From NCBI GenBank assembly GCA_023898465.1, contig CP060223.1, forward strand, positions 640,001-704,000: 64,000 nucleotides of DNA, in the 5' to 3' direction. The notes beneath the pieces are model-generated. The model was not told the DNA's origin, did no database searches, and saw only the letters and a program-made list of their open reading frames with translations. Positions 1-10,300 of the stretch are shown piece after piece. This stretch comes from Candidatus Nomurabacteria bacterium (GTDB lineage Bacteria > Patescibacteriota > Patescibacteriia > HK-STAS-PATE-3). The position numbers were made by a program, and so were the translations under genes. Every line of letters begins with the position of its first letter. Position 1 is the stretch's first letter.

Positions 1-606
1 CGGATAGGCATTGGTGGTATTAAGGAAGTTGTTTTTGAAATGAACGGTACGAATGTATATCGCGACATGAAATATGAGGCTGGAGTACATCGAGTGCAGC
101 GTGTACCAGAAACGGAAAAGAGTGGAAGAGTGCATACCTCGACGATCACAGTAGCTGTCATGCCAGAAGCGGAGGAAAAAGATTTTGAAATTAAACCAGA
201 GGAAGTCCGTATTGAAGCAACTACAGCGGGCGGTCATGGCGGACAAAGCGTGAATACCACCTATTCAGCTATTCGATTGCATCATATCCCAACTGGATTA
301 ATAGTCGTTTGCCAAGACGAACGCTCACAAAAGCAGAATAAGGAAAAAGCCTTCCGCGTCTTGCGAGCACGCCTCTTTGCACTTGAGCAAGAACGCCGAC
401 AAAAAGAAGCTTCTGAGACTCGAAAAAGCCAGGTCGGCTCGGGTGATCGTTCAGAAAAAATTCGTACCTATAACTTCCCGCAAGATCGGGTGACTGACCA
501 TCGCATCAATCAAAACTTTTCCAACTTGAAAGTAATCATGGACGGTGGCTTTGACCCAATTATCCAAGCGATCCAAGCAAAAGCCCAGCAAGCAAACAAT
601 AGCTAA
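1..606 (+). CDS. prfA: Peptide chain release factor 1, C-terminal part; the 5' end lies outside the window. The frame is open back to nt 1.
   Basis: Translation shows the GGQ motif (AGGHGGQSVN), the RF1-type HRVQRVP segment and QDERSQ. Confidence 0.9.
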   Translation, partial: RIGIGGIKEVVFEMNGTNVYRDMKYEAGVHRVQRVPETEKSGRVHTSTITVAVMPEAEEKDFEIKPEEVRIEATTAGGHGGQSVNTTYSAIRLHHIPTGLIVVCQDERSQKQNKEKAFRVLRARLFALEQERRQKEASETRKSQVGSGDRSEKIRTYNFPQDRVTDHRINQNFSNLKVIMDGGFDPIIQAIQAKAQQANNS

Positions 607-1429
607 GCTACTAGTCCTGGGTGAGCAAAAATTATACAAAGTAGCCAAGCAGCATGCCAGACAAGATGCTGAAGCACTTTTACGCATAGTGCTGAAAAAA
701 GATGTGGCTTGGCTTTTTGTGCATAGTGAAAAAACACTGACCCAGAGACAATATCTAGCCTATCAACAAATCCTCAAGCGCCGGGCAAAAAACACCCCAC
801 TCGCCTATCTGCGTGGCTGGCAAGACTTTTACGGACGCAGATTTCATGTTGGTCCAGGCGTGCTGATTCCACGTCCAGAAACTGAAGCACTTATTGACTT
901 AGCGCTGCAGTATTTCCCAGCCGCGAAAAAACTGCAGGTGGCCGACCTAGGCAGCGGCTCCGGCTGTATAGCCCTTAGCTTAGCCTGCGAGCGACCAAGG
1001 TGGCAGATCTATGCAACCGAACTATCCTCATCAGCAATCCACTATGCCCGTAAGAATGCCAAGCATTGGCAGCATAAAAATCTCCACATCATGCAAGGAA
1101 ATATGCTTCAACCATTACGCACAACAGCGCTCGACCTTATCGTGGCAAATCTCCCCTACCTTAAACCAGGAGAGGCAAAAGACGACAGCGTGGCGAAAGA
1201 GCCGAGGAAAGCTCTCGTAGCAGGTCAGGATGGCCTAAACGCTTTTCGTGTGTTATTCCAGCAAGTACAAAAACGTCCTGATACACCTACACTGCTTTTG
1301 GAAATCGATCCGCGGCGTAAGAAGGATTTACAAAAACTCCATCGTCAACTCCTGCCACAGTATCGGGCCAAATGGAAAAAAGACCTCAGCGGCCATTGGC
1401 GAGTCCTGGTCCTCGAATCGAAAATTTAA
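545..1429 (+). CDS. prmC: Release-factor glutamine N5-methyltransferase (HemK/PrmC). The start is uncertain because the ORF overlaps the prfA 3' end.
   Basis: SAM-binding motif DLGSGSGCIAL and a substrate motif IVANLPY (NPPY variant). The position directly after prfA is conserved synteny. Confidence 0.75.
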   Translation: MALTQLSKRSKQKPSKQTIAKLLVLGEQKLYKVAKQHARQDAEALLRIVLKKDVAWLFVHSEKTLTQRQYLAYQQILKRRAKNTPLAYLRGWQDFYGRRFHVGPGVLIPRPETEALIDLALQYFPAAKKLQVADLGSGSGCIALSLACERPRWQIYATELSSSAIHYARKNAKHWQHKNLHIMQGNMLQPLRTTALDLIVANLPYLKPGEAKDDSVAKEPRKALVAGQDGLNAFRVLFQQVQKRPDTPTLLLEIDPRRKKDLQKLHRQLLPQYRAKWKKDLSGHWRVLVLESKI

Positions 1430-2571
1430 TGGTACGGGAAACCTCGTCCGTCAGGAATCACTTCAACCCAGCTTTGTCCTCGATTGAACTTCATTTCTGT
1501 CCCGTCATCAGCGTAAAAAACCGTGCGGTCAGTTCGGGTTGGTTTTTCCCAATGTCCTTCTATCACTAAACCGTCCCGGAAAAGCACGGCTTTACCCTGA
1601 CCGGTCACATTTAGGGTGAGACGTCCTTTTTCACCAATAGCAACGATTTCTGGAATCACTTGTACGACAACATTCTTTGGAGCTATTTGCACATTTTGTG
1701 CACGATCCATGTGGGGATCATTCGCATTGAAACGCAGGTACACATTACGTTCGCGATCATATTCATAGTGCGGATTATAGGTACCGCTGGAATATTGTAA
1801 GCTCAGTTCAGTAAAATTCCCTCGTGCCTCTATAGCATCCTCATCTTTAAAACGCCAGGAACGAAAATCAGGCTGCACATCTTCATATTGTAGGTCGCGC
1901 ATTGCAAAAGTGAGCTTTTCAGTATTTGTATAAAGATTATGCGGAGCATAGCCAGCGCCGCGATAACAGTATCGGGCAGCGTTTGTTAAACAATTCAAAT
2001 CACGCAAGCTAAACCCGGATAACTCTTGCAGAGCCTCGGGACTCCCTCCCGCGTGCATATACGCAGCATTATACTCTGACAACCACTCAATATAGACAGG
2101 ACGAGCACTACGTACCGGACCCAACTCTCCACTCACATTATCAGGACTAAAGACCGCCATGATACGAGTCGCTCCTCCTTCTACCAAAGTATTGTAAGCA
2201 ACTGAGGCTTTACTTAAGTTTGCATGAGGGCGGGCATCCGGATGATTATCAAACATGATGATCCACGGCAGTAGATTTGCCTTCTCTTTTGCTACCAAGA
2301 CTCCATCAAGCTGACGTGGCAATTCAGTCGCTTCAGTCTCCGGTAAATGATTTGCATCTTCGTTTGTGAAAGCAGCATTTACTGTAACAGCGTTTTCAAT
2401 TCCAATACCATTGTTAGCATCACTATTGCCAGTAAAGGCAACCGCAGCCCATAACAGGGATCCACTCAAGACCACTAAAACAGCTAAGCTAATACCAATC
2501 ACCCTGGGATTATTCCAGGGGTGGTTTTTTGGCTTAGCGTGATGTTCCTTTGTGTGTGCTTTCTCTTTCAC
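1426..2571 (-). CDS. DUF3048 (YerB-like) secreted or membrane-anchored protein, paralog 1.
   Basis: N-terminal TM anchor. Central block LVEGGATRIMAVFS...VRSARPVYIEW is paralogous to the next gene. Confidence 0.55.
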   Translation of the reverse strand: MKEKAHTKEHHAKPKNHPWNNPRVIGISLAVLVVLSGSLLWAAVAFTGNSDANNGIGIENAVTVNAAFTNEDANHLPETEATELPRQLDGVLVAKEKANLLPWIIMFDNHPDARPHANLSKASVAYNTLVEGGATRIMAVFSPDNVSGELGPVRSARPVYIEWLSEYNAAYMHAGGSPEALQELSGFSLRDLNCLTNAARYCYRGAGYAPHNLYTNTEKLTFAMRDLQYEDVQPDFRSWRFKDEDAIEARGNFTELSLQYSSGTYNPHYEYDRERNVYLRFNANDPHMDRAQNVQIAPKNVVVQVIPEIVAIGEKGRLTLNVTGQGKAVLFRDGLVIEGHWEKPTRTDRTVFYADDGTEMKFNRGQSWVEVIPDGRGFPYH

Positions 2572-2580
2572 TCAAATCCC

Positions 2581-3705
2581 CTAATAGGTGACCTGTCGAT
2601 CATCTGGAAAAACCTGTACCCAGGTTTGCCCGGCGTTAAAAATGAGTTGTTGGCCTTCTAAATCGGTAAAAATTGTGCGGGCGCTGGTGGAAGATTTTGA
2701 CCAGCGTGCCGGAATCGCCTCACCGTCGCGGAAAAGAATAGCATCACCGGATCCAACAACATCCATGCTTAAGCGGGTCGCATCAGCTAAACGTGTACCA
2801 ACATATTGCACCAGCACATTCTTTGGGCTAATTTGCTCACCAGTATTCTGATCCGTATGCGCCTCATCGCCCTGGAATCGCAGATAAGTATTTTCTTCAC
2901 GATTATAGGTGTACTTTACCTCATAACTCTTGCTCGAGTAATCAAGCACAATCGGATTTACTTCAAGTGGCCTATCTGCTAAAGCAGCTTCCTCTTTAAA
3001 CTTCCAACCTGTGTAATCCCCTGTCATTGTTGCCTCTTTATCCCGCAAAGCAAATTGCAGGAGCTCAGTGGAAGTGAAAAGTGTATGTTCGGTCGCTCGT
3101 GGAAGATTTTTTCTCCAGTAATACTGGGAGTTATAGAATTGATCAAGGTCAAACACATCTTTGGAGCGAATATCTGCCAAAGCGGTAGGACTACCACCAG
3201 CGTGAGCATATATCGCGCCTAGCTCGTTTGCCCAATCAACATAATATGGTCGAGCACTGCGTACTGGTCCTAACTCAGGAATATCATCGGTTAAGAGGTA
3301 GACTGCTAGGAATCGTGTAATGCCGCCTTCAACTAAGGCCTCGTATACCACATTTGCTTGGCCAAGACCGCTTTGGGGGCGGACAATTGAAAGATTCTCT
3401 ATCATCACGCCAACTGGTCGTGGATTTTTATTCGCAGCAACATCAAGCACGCCATCAAGCACTCGTCGAACTTTTTGCTCGCTAGGCTGATTTGTATTAG
3501 TGACAATTACTTGCCCGTCATCGCTATCATCCGTTCGAGTAAGCAAAAAACCTGCTAATGCAACGACCGCAAGCACGACAACAACAAGAGTGATCTGGAC
3601 CGGCCTTTTCTTTAACCAAAGCGTCATTTTACCCTGCGGTTTGGCTGGTACTGCTACCTGCTCTACCCCCTCTTTCATCTCTCCTTTGGTATCCCCCTTA
3701 GGCAT
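2581..3705 (-). CDS. DUF3048 (YerB-like) protein, paralog 2, arranged in tandem with paralog 1.
   Basis: TM anchor plus LVEGGITRFLAVY...VRSARPYYVDW, matching the same motifs as paralog 1. Confidence 0.55.
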   Translation of the reverse strand: MPKGDTKGEMKEGVEQVAVPAKPQGKMTLWLKKRPVQITLVVVVLAVVALAGFLLTRTDDSDDGQVIVTNTNQPSEQKVRRVLDGVLDVAANKNPRPVGVMIENLSIVRPQSGLGQANVVYEALVEGGITRFLAVYLLTDDIPELGPVRSARPYYVDWANELGAIYAHAGGSPTALADIRSKDVFDLDQFYNSQYYWRKNLPRATEHTLFTSTELLQFALRDKEATMTGDYTGWKFKEEAALADRPLEVNPIVLDYSSKSYEVKYTYNREENTYLRFQGDEAHTDQNTGEQISPKNVLVQYVGTRLADATRLSMDVVGSGDAILFRDGEAIPARWSKSSTSARTIFTDLEGQQLIFNAGQTWVQVFPDDRQVTY

Positions 3706-3726
3706 AGGTCCCCCTAGATAATTGTA

Positions 3727-4431
3727 TTATTCCTTAGCTTCTTTGGCGCCGGCATCAGGCTTGGCATCACCAGATGCTTCTTCGCCTTCTTCTTCAGCTT
3801 TCTTTGGCTTGGTAGATTCAACGCCACTCACATCTTCAACCACTTCGCTATCAAGTGCTTTCAATTCTTCTTCTGAACGTGGAGGTGTGACCACAGCGAC
3901 TACCGCGTCAGCCTTGTCGAGAATAGTAATGCCTTGCGGCGCTGGAATATCGCTAATATGAATCTGATCTTCAAAGGTCTTTAAGCTGCTCAAATCAACC
4001 TCGATTTCGTGTACCAAATCACCAGGCAAACAAGAAACTTCTACGCTCTCGATGCTGGTCACCAAAGTACCGCTCAATTCAGCCACCGCAGGAGCAGCGC
4101 CAACAAATTTGAGGTTAATCTCAGTTTCAATCTTCTGAGTCATATCAACCTGCAGCAAATCAGCGTGCAAGATACGATCAGTAACTGGATGATGCTGCAC
4201 ATCATGAATAAGCACCTTGACTGGCGCCTCATTCTCGACTGCTAAATCAATCAGCGTGGATTCTCCAGCCTCAATGAATACTTTAGTAAATTCGCGTGCA
4301 TTTAAACTTAGGGATTCTGTTTCACGCTTATTCCCATAAATAACTGCTGGAACAATATCGCTTTGTCGCAGCTTCTTTACTTGTTTACCGAGCGACGAAC
4401 GCCGCTGAGCTTGTAATACGTACGTTTTCAT
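3727..4431 (-). CDS. rplY: Ribosomal protein L25 / general stress protein Ctc, long form.
   Basis: N-terminus MKTYVLQAQRR...VPAVIYG matches the L25 family. It has an acidic or Lys-rich C-terminal tail. Confidence 0.8.
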   Translation of the reverse strand: MKTYVLQAQRRSSLGKQVKKLRQSDIVPAVIYGNKRETESLSLNAREFTKVFIEAGESTLIDLAVENEAPVKVLIHDVQHHPVTDRILHADLLQVDMTQKIETEINLKFVGAAPAVAELSGTLVTSIESVEVSCLPGDLVHEIEVDLSSLKTFEDQIHISDIPAPQGITILDKADAVVAVVTPPRSEEELKALDSEVVEDVSGVESTKPKKAEEEGEEASGDAKPDAGAKEAKE

Positions 4432-4444
4432 GAATTTCGAGAAA

Positions 4445-4798
4445 TTAACTGATCAATTCGCCTGATGCATCTTGAACCCATTCATGCACATCGAGGACAT
4501 CGTTCGCATCGATTTCCTTGCCTAGGCGGAATTTCATCACATCTTCAGCAGTTAAATCGGTTAATAGGCCGACTGAACTTACTCCCACCATACTTGCCAC
4601 AATAATGGCGAGTACTGAGGATCCACACCGAGTACATTCGAGGTGGATAAGATGCGCATCCTCACTTGTTACGAGAATTCGCGAGGTGCTTGGCTGATAA
4701 AAAGCCTGGCAAAGCGGACAATGCGAAAGAGCATGAGTGGTCCCCCTGAAACGACCGCCCGAAGCATTATTGAAAAATGACGGGGTTGCGTAGGCCAT
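4445..4798 (-). CDS. Small protein with two CxxC pairs, putative zinc-ribbon, function unknown.
   Basis: CPLC...CTRC spacing. A promoter-like TTGACC-16-TATACT element lies upstream on the minus strand (4853-4880). Confidence 0.4.
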   Translation of the reverse strand: MAYATPSFFNNASGGRFRGTTHALSHCPLCQAFYQPSTSRILVTSEDAHLIHLECTRCGSSVLAIIVASMVGVSSVGLLTDLTAEDVMKFRLGKEIDANDVLDVHEWVQDASGELIS

Positions 4799-4852
4799 AC
4801 CGACACTACGATATTAATTTTTGTCCGTCAAGTACTTGCATCTGACCGGTAT

Positions 4853-4880
4853 AGTATAGCATATTTTTGGCCTGGGTCAA
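4853..4880 (-). promoter_or_regulatory. Sigma70-like promoter (TTGACC, 16-nt spacer, TATACT) for the 4445-4798 gene.
   Basis: Read directly on the minus strand, immediately upstream of the ORF. Confidence 0.4.
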
Positions 4881-4883
4881 GTT

Positions 4884-5999
4884 TTAACTGTTCGCATTTG
4901 CCGGTTGGCGCATGCTAATACTCTGCAAAATACCCAGGATAAAGAAATTGGCGAGTAAAGCACTCCCACCTGAGCTTACAAAAGGTAAGGGAATACCAGT
5001 AACCGGTAGTAAGCCAAGATTCATGCCAATATTAATAAAGGTTTGCAGGAAAAGAAGGAGTAAGAGCCCGGTCAACAAATAGGTCGTATACATATCCCGC
5101 GAACGACGAATAATAGCCAAAATTCGGAAAAAGAGTATAGAGAAGGCGCCAATAACCAGCATTGCACCCACAAAACCAAGTTCCTCGGCAATTGCCGCGA
5201 AAATAAAGTCGGTAGCTTGTTCAGGCAAGAAGTTTAACTGACTCTGCGGTCCTAAGCCCAAACCGCGACCAAATAACTGGCCTGAACCTACTGCTACTAT
5301 CGATTGCGTCACATTATACCCATCCCCTAATTGATCCTGCTCAGGACTGAGGAAAGTAAGCACGCGAGCTTTTTGATAATCCTCCAAAACAAAAAACCAG
5401 CTAAATACCATTGCTGCCATAAAACCCAGGATCACTAGGGCGAATTGCCAACGAGGTATACGCTGGAAAAAAAGTAACACCAACCAAGCTCCCATCAGTA
5501 CGGCGGAATATCCAAATTCAGGTTCTAATGCCAACAAGCCCACATATAAGGCAACCATAAGTCCTGACCAGATGATCGTCTTCATTGTCCCCTGCCCTAT
5601 ATCTCGACTGGCAAAAAAGCGAGCCATAGCAAGGACAAGGAAGATACGCACAAACTCCACCGGCTGGAAGGTGCGACCAAAAATAACAAACCACCCGCGA
5701 GTCCCACGAATTGTTTCACCGAAGAAGAGTACCGCAAGCAAAAGGAGTATGCCAAGGATGTAAAGAGGCCAAGCGCTGTTCCACCATACTCGATAATCAA
5801 GAATCGCAATTGCTAACATGATGGCAATGCCTACAATAGCAAAAGTTGCCTGACTCAAAAATTGATCGTAGCTGGGATTCTCAACATTAATGGTCACACT
5901 ATAAAGCGCCGCCAAGCCAAAGGCGGTTAAAAGAATGGTTACCGCAAATAAAGACCAATCGAGGCGCCGGAGCGCCCCAAATCTACTCAATAAAGACAT
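4884..5999 (-). CDS. SEDS-family peptidoglycan glycosyltransferase (FtsW/RodA).
   Basis: About 10 TM helices with the typical SEDS loop motifs (RGTRGW..., GLGxG, PxxxTDFIF). Confidence 0.85.
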   Translation of the reverse strand: MSLLSRFGALRRLDWSLFAVTILLTAFGLAALYSVTINVENPSYDQFLSQATFAIVGIAIMLAIAILDYRVWWNSAWPLYILGILLLLAVLFFGETIRGTRGWFVIFGRTFQPVEFVRIFLVLAMARFFASRDIGQGTMKTIIWSGLMVALYVGLLALEPEFGYSAVLMGAWLVLLFFQRIPRWQFALVILGFMAAMVFSWFFVLEDYQKARVLTFLSPEQDQLGDGYNVTQSIVAVGSGQLFGRGLGLGPQSQLNFLPEQATDFIFAAIAEELGFVGAMLVIGAFSILFFRILAIIRRSRDMYTTYLLTGLLLLLFLQTFINIGMNLGLLPVTGIPLPFVSSGGSALLANFFILGILQSISMRQPANANS

Positions 6000-6011
6000 A
6001 CGTGCGCATCA

Positions 6012-6878
6012 TTACAGGTTCATATAATTCTGCTGGTCAAATATGTCAACCTCTGGCAACACCTCGACCGTCACGCTACTAGGCAGGGAGCGAAACCACT
6101 GCGCGTCAATCGACTTTGTTGTACCCGCCTCAAAAGACCGTAAAAGTACTGTGGTAAGCGCAATGGGGGTACTATTTTGCAATAGCACGACGGGAACCCG
6201 CACCGACCAGAATCCGTAGAGTGAATCGTTTTGAATATTTGCTGTGACTCGCGCAAAGGTCTGACCGGAATTTGGCACTGTCACAGTAGCAGTGTAACTC
6301 ACATCACTCACGGTAAAGCCAATATTCTCAAGGAGTTGAATATCACTTAGACGCTGCCACGTTAAGGAGATAACCTGAAACTGCACTTTTTTACTATCAC
6401 GACTGCCTTGCCAATCTTCTGCCAAGCGGTACACATAGCTTGACTGTCCTGGCGCCAAACGAGTGGTCTGAGTCGCAGTGCTAGAAACTCCATCGCTAAA
6501 AGTACTTGTAATACTGGCTACCCAGGTCGTGTTTGGATTCTCTATTTTGGTAACAAGGTCAACTCCGTCATTCGCGGCTGATAAGAGTGTGACATCATCA
6601 ATAACGAGAGTCTCTGGTGCCACATCACTCAAGGCGCTGGGAGCAGTTAAGGCTTGTGCGCGTTCCACAAAACCACGCTCTATCCCCCGCCCCTGTACCA
6701 AGTAGAGAAAAACTGAAGTAATGACAAAGGCAAAGAGTAAGGTGTCAGCCACAAGAATAGCTAAAACCCACCATTTACGAAGCTGAAAACGGTGGACCAA
6801 AAACCACTCGCGTAAACGCAAAGGCAAATCATTGAAACGAAAGCCGCTGCTTGGATAGTCTGATTGCTCGGAATCCAT
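6012..6878 (-). CDS. Membrane-anchored hypothetical protein, located directly downstream of the SEDS gene.
   Basis: One N-terminal TM helix and an extracytoplasmic Ser/Thr-rich domain. No motif recognised. Confidence 0.45.
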   Translation of the reverse strand: MDSEQSDYPSSGFRFNDLPLRLREWFLVHRFQLRKWWVLAILVADTLLFAFVITSVFLYLVQGRGIERGFVERAQALTAPSALSDVAPETLVIDDVTLLSAANDGVDLVTKIENPNTTWVASITSTFSDGVSSTATQTTRLAPGQSSYVYRLAEDWQGSRDSKKVQFQVISLTWQRLSDIQLLENIGFTVSDVSYTATVTVPNSGQTFARVTANIQNDSLYGFWSVRVPVVLLQNSTPIALTTVLLRSFEAGTTKSIDAQWFRSLPSSVTVEVLPEVDIFDQQNYMNL

Positions 6879-6919
6879 GCGTATATTGTAGCAGAGCCTG
6901 CCCAGACATGATAGCCGCT

Positions 6920-6947
6920 TTGCGATGAGACGCCTCTATGGTATAGT
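6920..6947 (+). promoter_or_regulatory. Promoter with an extended -10 (TTGCGA, 16-nt spacer, TGG-TATAGT) ahead of 7002..7331 and dnaE.
   Basis: Direct hexamer match. The same TGG-extended -10 architecture recurs at 49049-49076. Confidence 0.45.
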
Positions 6948-7001
6948 AAGCCTGTTTGAACGTCACTTTTTGAGGCTTACCCGCACTTCGGGCCACCTCA
7001 T

Positions 7002-7331
7002 TTGGAGAAAAGCGGTATGTACTTCTCAACCAGTCAAGATCTCTTCTTCTTTGTGCTCGCAGTTGCGATTGCGATTTTGACGGCCTTCATGGTATGGGCC
7101 TTGTTTTACATTATCATGATTCTCCGCAAGGGCTATAACGCGGTCAATGAAATTGAAGAAAAGCTTGCCTCACTTGATGCGCTCTTCACCACAGTGAAAG
7201 AACATCTCATACACTCTAGCTCTTCTCTGAAGGTGCTAGTAGGAGTGGTGACCAAGTTGATTGAGGTCATCCAAAAACGCAAACAGAAAAAAACTACTAA
7301 GGGGGACAAAAAATCCACTGACAGCGCTTGA
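7002..7331 (+). CDS. Small membrane protein, function unknown.
   Basis: One TM helix and a coiled-coil tail. GGAG lies 9 nt upstream. Confidence 0.4.
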   Translation: MEKSGMYFSTSQDLFFFVLAVAIAILTAFMVWALFYIIMILRKGYNAVNEIEEKLASLDALFTTVKEHLIHSSSSLKVLVGVVTKLIEVIQKRKQKKTTKGDKKSTDSA

Positions 7332-7337
7332 TAACAC

Positions 7338-10300
7338 ATGCGCTTCGCCCACCTTCACGTCCATAGTCACTATAGTCTGCTTGACGGTCTACCAAAAATA
7401 GACGAGCTTGTTGCACGTGCAGTCGAATTGGATATGCCAGCAGTCGCCCTCACCGATCACGGCGTCTTATATGGAGCGGTAGAGTTTTATCAAAAAGCCA
7501 CTGCCGCTGGAATCAAACCCATCATAGGTATTGAGGCCTATTTAGCACGCAACAGTCGTCACTCAAAACAAGCAAAGGTTGATGAGCGCCCTTACCACCT
7601 CATCCTCCTAGCTGAGAATAATACGGGATATAAAAACCTAATTGCCCTAACTACCCGAGCGCATCTGGAAGGTTACTATTATCGCCCGCGCATAGACTGG
7701 GAGTTGCTTGAGCAGTACTCAGAAGGGCTTATTGCTATGACCGCCTGCATTGGCGGACATATCCCCTCCCTTATCCTAAGTGGTGAAGAAGAGGAACTGA
7801 AGCGAACTATTGAGCGATATAAAAAAGTATTTGGCCCTGATCACTTTTACTTTGAATTACAAAGCAATCCTAGTCTACCGCAGCAACAAACTGTGAATAC
7901 TCGACTGATTGAGTTGAGTCGGGAATATGACGTGCCATTGGTAGTCACAAATGACTGTCACTATCTAAGCACCGAGGATGCAGACGCACAGGATATCCTG
8001 CTCTGCCTCCAAACCAAATCAAAGAAGAATGATAAGGATCGCATGAGCTACCTGGGGGAAAATTTTGCCCTGCGTTCTACCGAAGAAATGGCCTCCCTCT
8101 TCCCTGACCTTCCCGAAGCGATTGCCAATACTGCCGCAATTGCTGAACGCTGTAATGTCACTCTCGAGCTCGGCAAAATTCACTTGCCGCACTACGAGGT
8201 ACCACAGGGAAAAACTGCGAACGCCTACCTGCGGGAACTCTGCATGCGCGGACTGCGCGACCGTTACGATACCAAGCCTGATAAAGAAGTCCTAGATCGA
8301 CTCGACTACGAGCTTTCGGTTATTGAAAAAACTGGTTTTGCAACTTACCTGCTCATCGTGCAAGACTTCATTACCTGGGCAAAGGAAAATCGTATCGTTG
8401 TCGGACCTGGTCGTGGATCAGCTGCTTCCAGTCTTGTTTGCTATCTACTCAACATCACTGACATCGACCCCTTACGCTACGATCTCCTGTTTGAGCGTTT
8501 CTTGAATCCGGAGCGTATCTCCATGCCTGATATTGATACCGACTTTTCTGACGTCCGGCGTGATGAGGTGATCCGCTATGTGGAATCAAAATACGGTAAA
8601 GATCATGTGGCGCAGATTATTACCTTTGGAACAATGGCTGCACGAGCTGCTATTCGCGATGTTGGCCGGGTGCTCGATCTGCCCTATATGTATTGCGATC
8701 GAGTAGCTAAACTCATTCCTATGGGCATGACCATTGATGAAGCGGTCAGCTCGGTTCCGGAATTGCGCGAGATTAATGATAACGATCCACAAGCAAAAGA
8801 GTTGCTCGACAATGCTCGGAAGCTTGAAGGTGTTGCGCGTCATGCTTCTACGCACGCCTGTGGTGTGGTGATTACCAAAGAGCCGCTGGAAGAGTATGTG
8901 CCAGTGCAGTTTGCTTCAGCCAGCGACCAAACTGTTATCACACAATACTCACTCCATCCGATCGAGGACCTCGGTCTCTTGAAAATGGACTTCCTTGGTT
9001 TGTCCAACCTCACCATTATTGAAACGACTTTAAAGATTGTTGAAAAGACTCGAGGCGAACATATCGTACTGCAGGATTTACCGCTCGATGATAAAAAAGC
9101 CTATTCCCTACTCCAGCGCGGTAACACCATTGGCGTGTTCCAACTTGAATCTTCGGGCATGCGACGTTATCTCATCAGCTTGAAGCCGAACGAATTAGAA
9201 GACCTCATCGCTATGGTGGCACTCTATCGTCCTGGTCCAATGGAACTTATCCCGGAATTCATTGACGGCAAACATGGACGTCGTCAGGCGCAATATCTCC
9301 ATCCGAAACTGAAGCCTATCCTCGACAAAACATATGGCGTAGCAGTCTACCAAGAACAGGTGCTGCAAATGGCTCGCGACCTGGCCGGCTTTAGCATGGG
9401 TGAAGCAGATGTGCTGCGTAAAGCTGTAGGTAAAAAAATTGGGAAGTTGCTGCAAGAGCAAAAAGAAAAGTTTGTCGAGGGATGTGTGAAAAACGATATT
9501 AAAGAAGCCACGGCTAAGAAGATTTTTGATTTCATCGAGCCTTTTGCCCGCTATGGTTTTAACCGTGCACACGCGGCCTGCTATGGCCTGATCGCCTACC
9601 AAACCGCCTTCCTGAAAGCAAACTATACTGCTGAATTCATGGCTGCATTAATGACTTCGGATCATGGCTCAACTGATCGCATTGCTTTAGAGATTGAAGA
9701 ATGCCGGCACCTTGGTATAGAGGTATTACCGCCTGACATTAATGAAAGTTTTGCCACCTTTACTGTGGTTACTCAGAAAGATCAAGATGCTGAGCCAAAT
9801 CGCATTCGCTTTGGACTTAATGCTATCAAGAATGTTGGTGAAGGTGTCGTCGAGGCAATAATTGCTGAGCGTAAACAAAACGGTTCCTTTGCGAATCTCG
9901 AGGATTTCCTAGAACGAGTACAAAGCAAAGACGTGAACAAAAAATCTCTGGAGGCCCTTATCAAGGCGGGAGCTTTAGACTGCGTTGGTGGGCGAAGCGC
10001 GCTGCTCCATAACTTGGAAACGATCCTCTCCTTTGCCAAGCAAGTGGGGCAAGAAAAAGATCAGCGACAAACCAACCTTTTTGGCATGCTTCCAAATACA
10101 CACGCACGTAAATTAACATTGATGGAGGCTGAACCTCTAGATAAAATGCAGCGACTCTCCTGGGAACGAGAATTGCTAGGGCTCTACTTATCCGATCATC
10201 CGCTTTCTCAATATCGTGAGGCTCTGGCAAAAATTTCCACACCTATCCTCGGCTTGGATCAAGCACCTCGCAGTCGCATGATCAGCATCGCAGGGATAGT

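Noticed and set aside
1011-1569. Short + strand ORFs (1011-1220, 1248-1487, 1372-1569) inside or overlapping prmC and the DUF3048 gene.
   Set aside because: They are alternative-frame shadows inside well-supported genes, with no RBS or motif.
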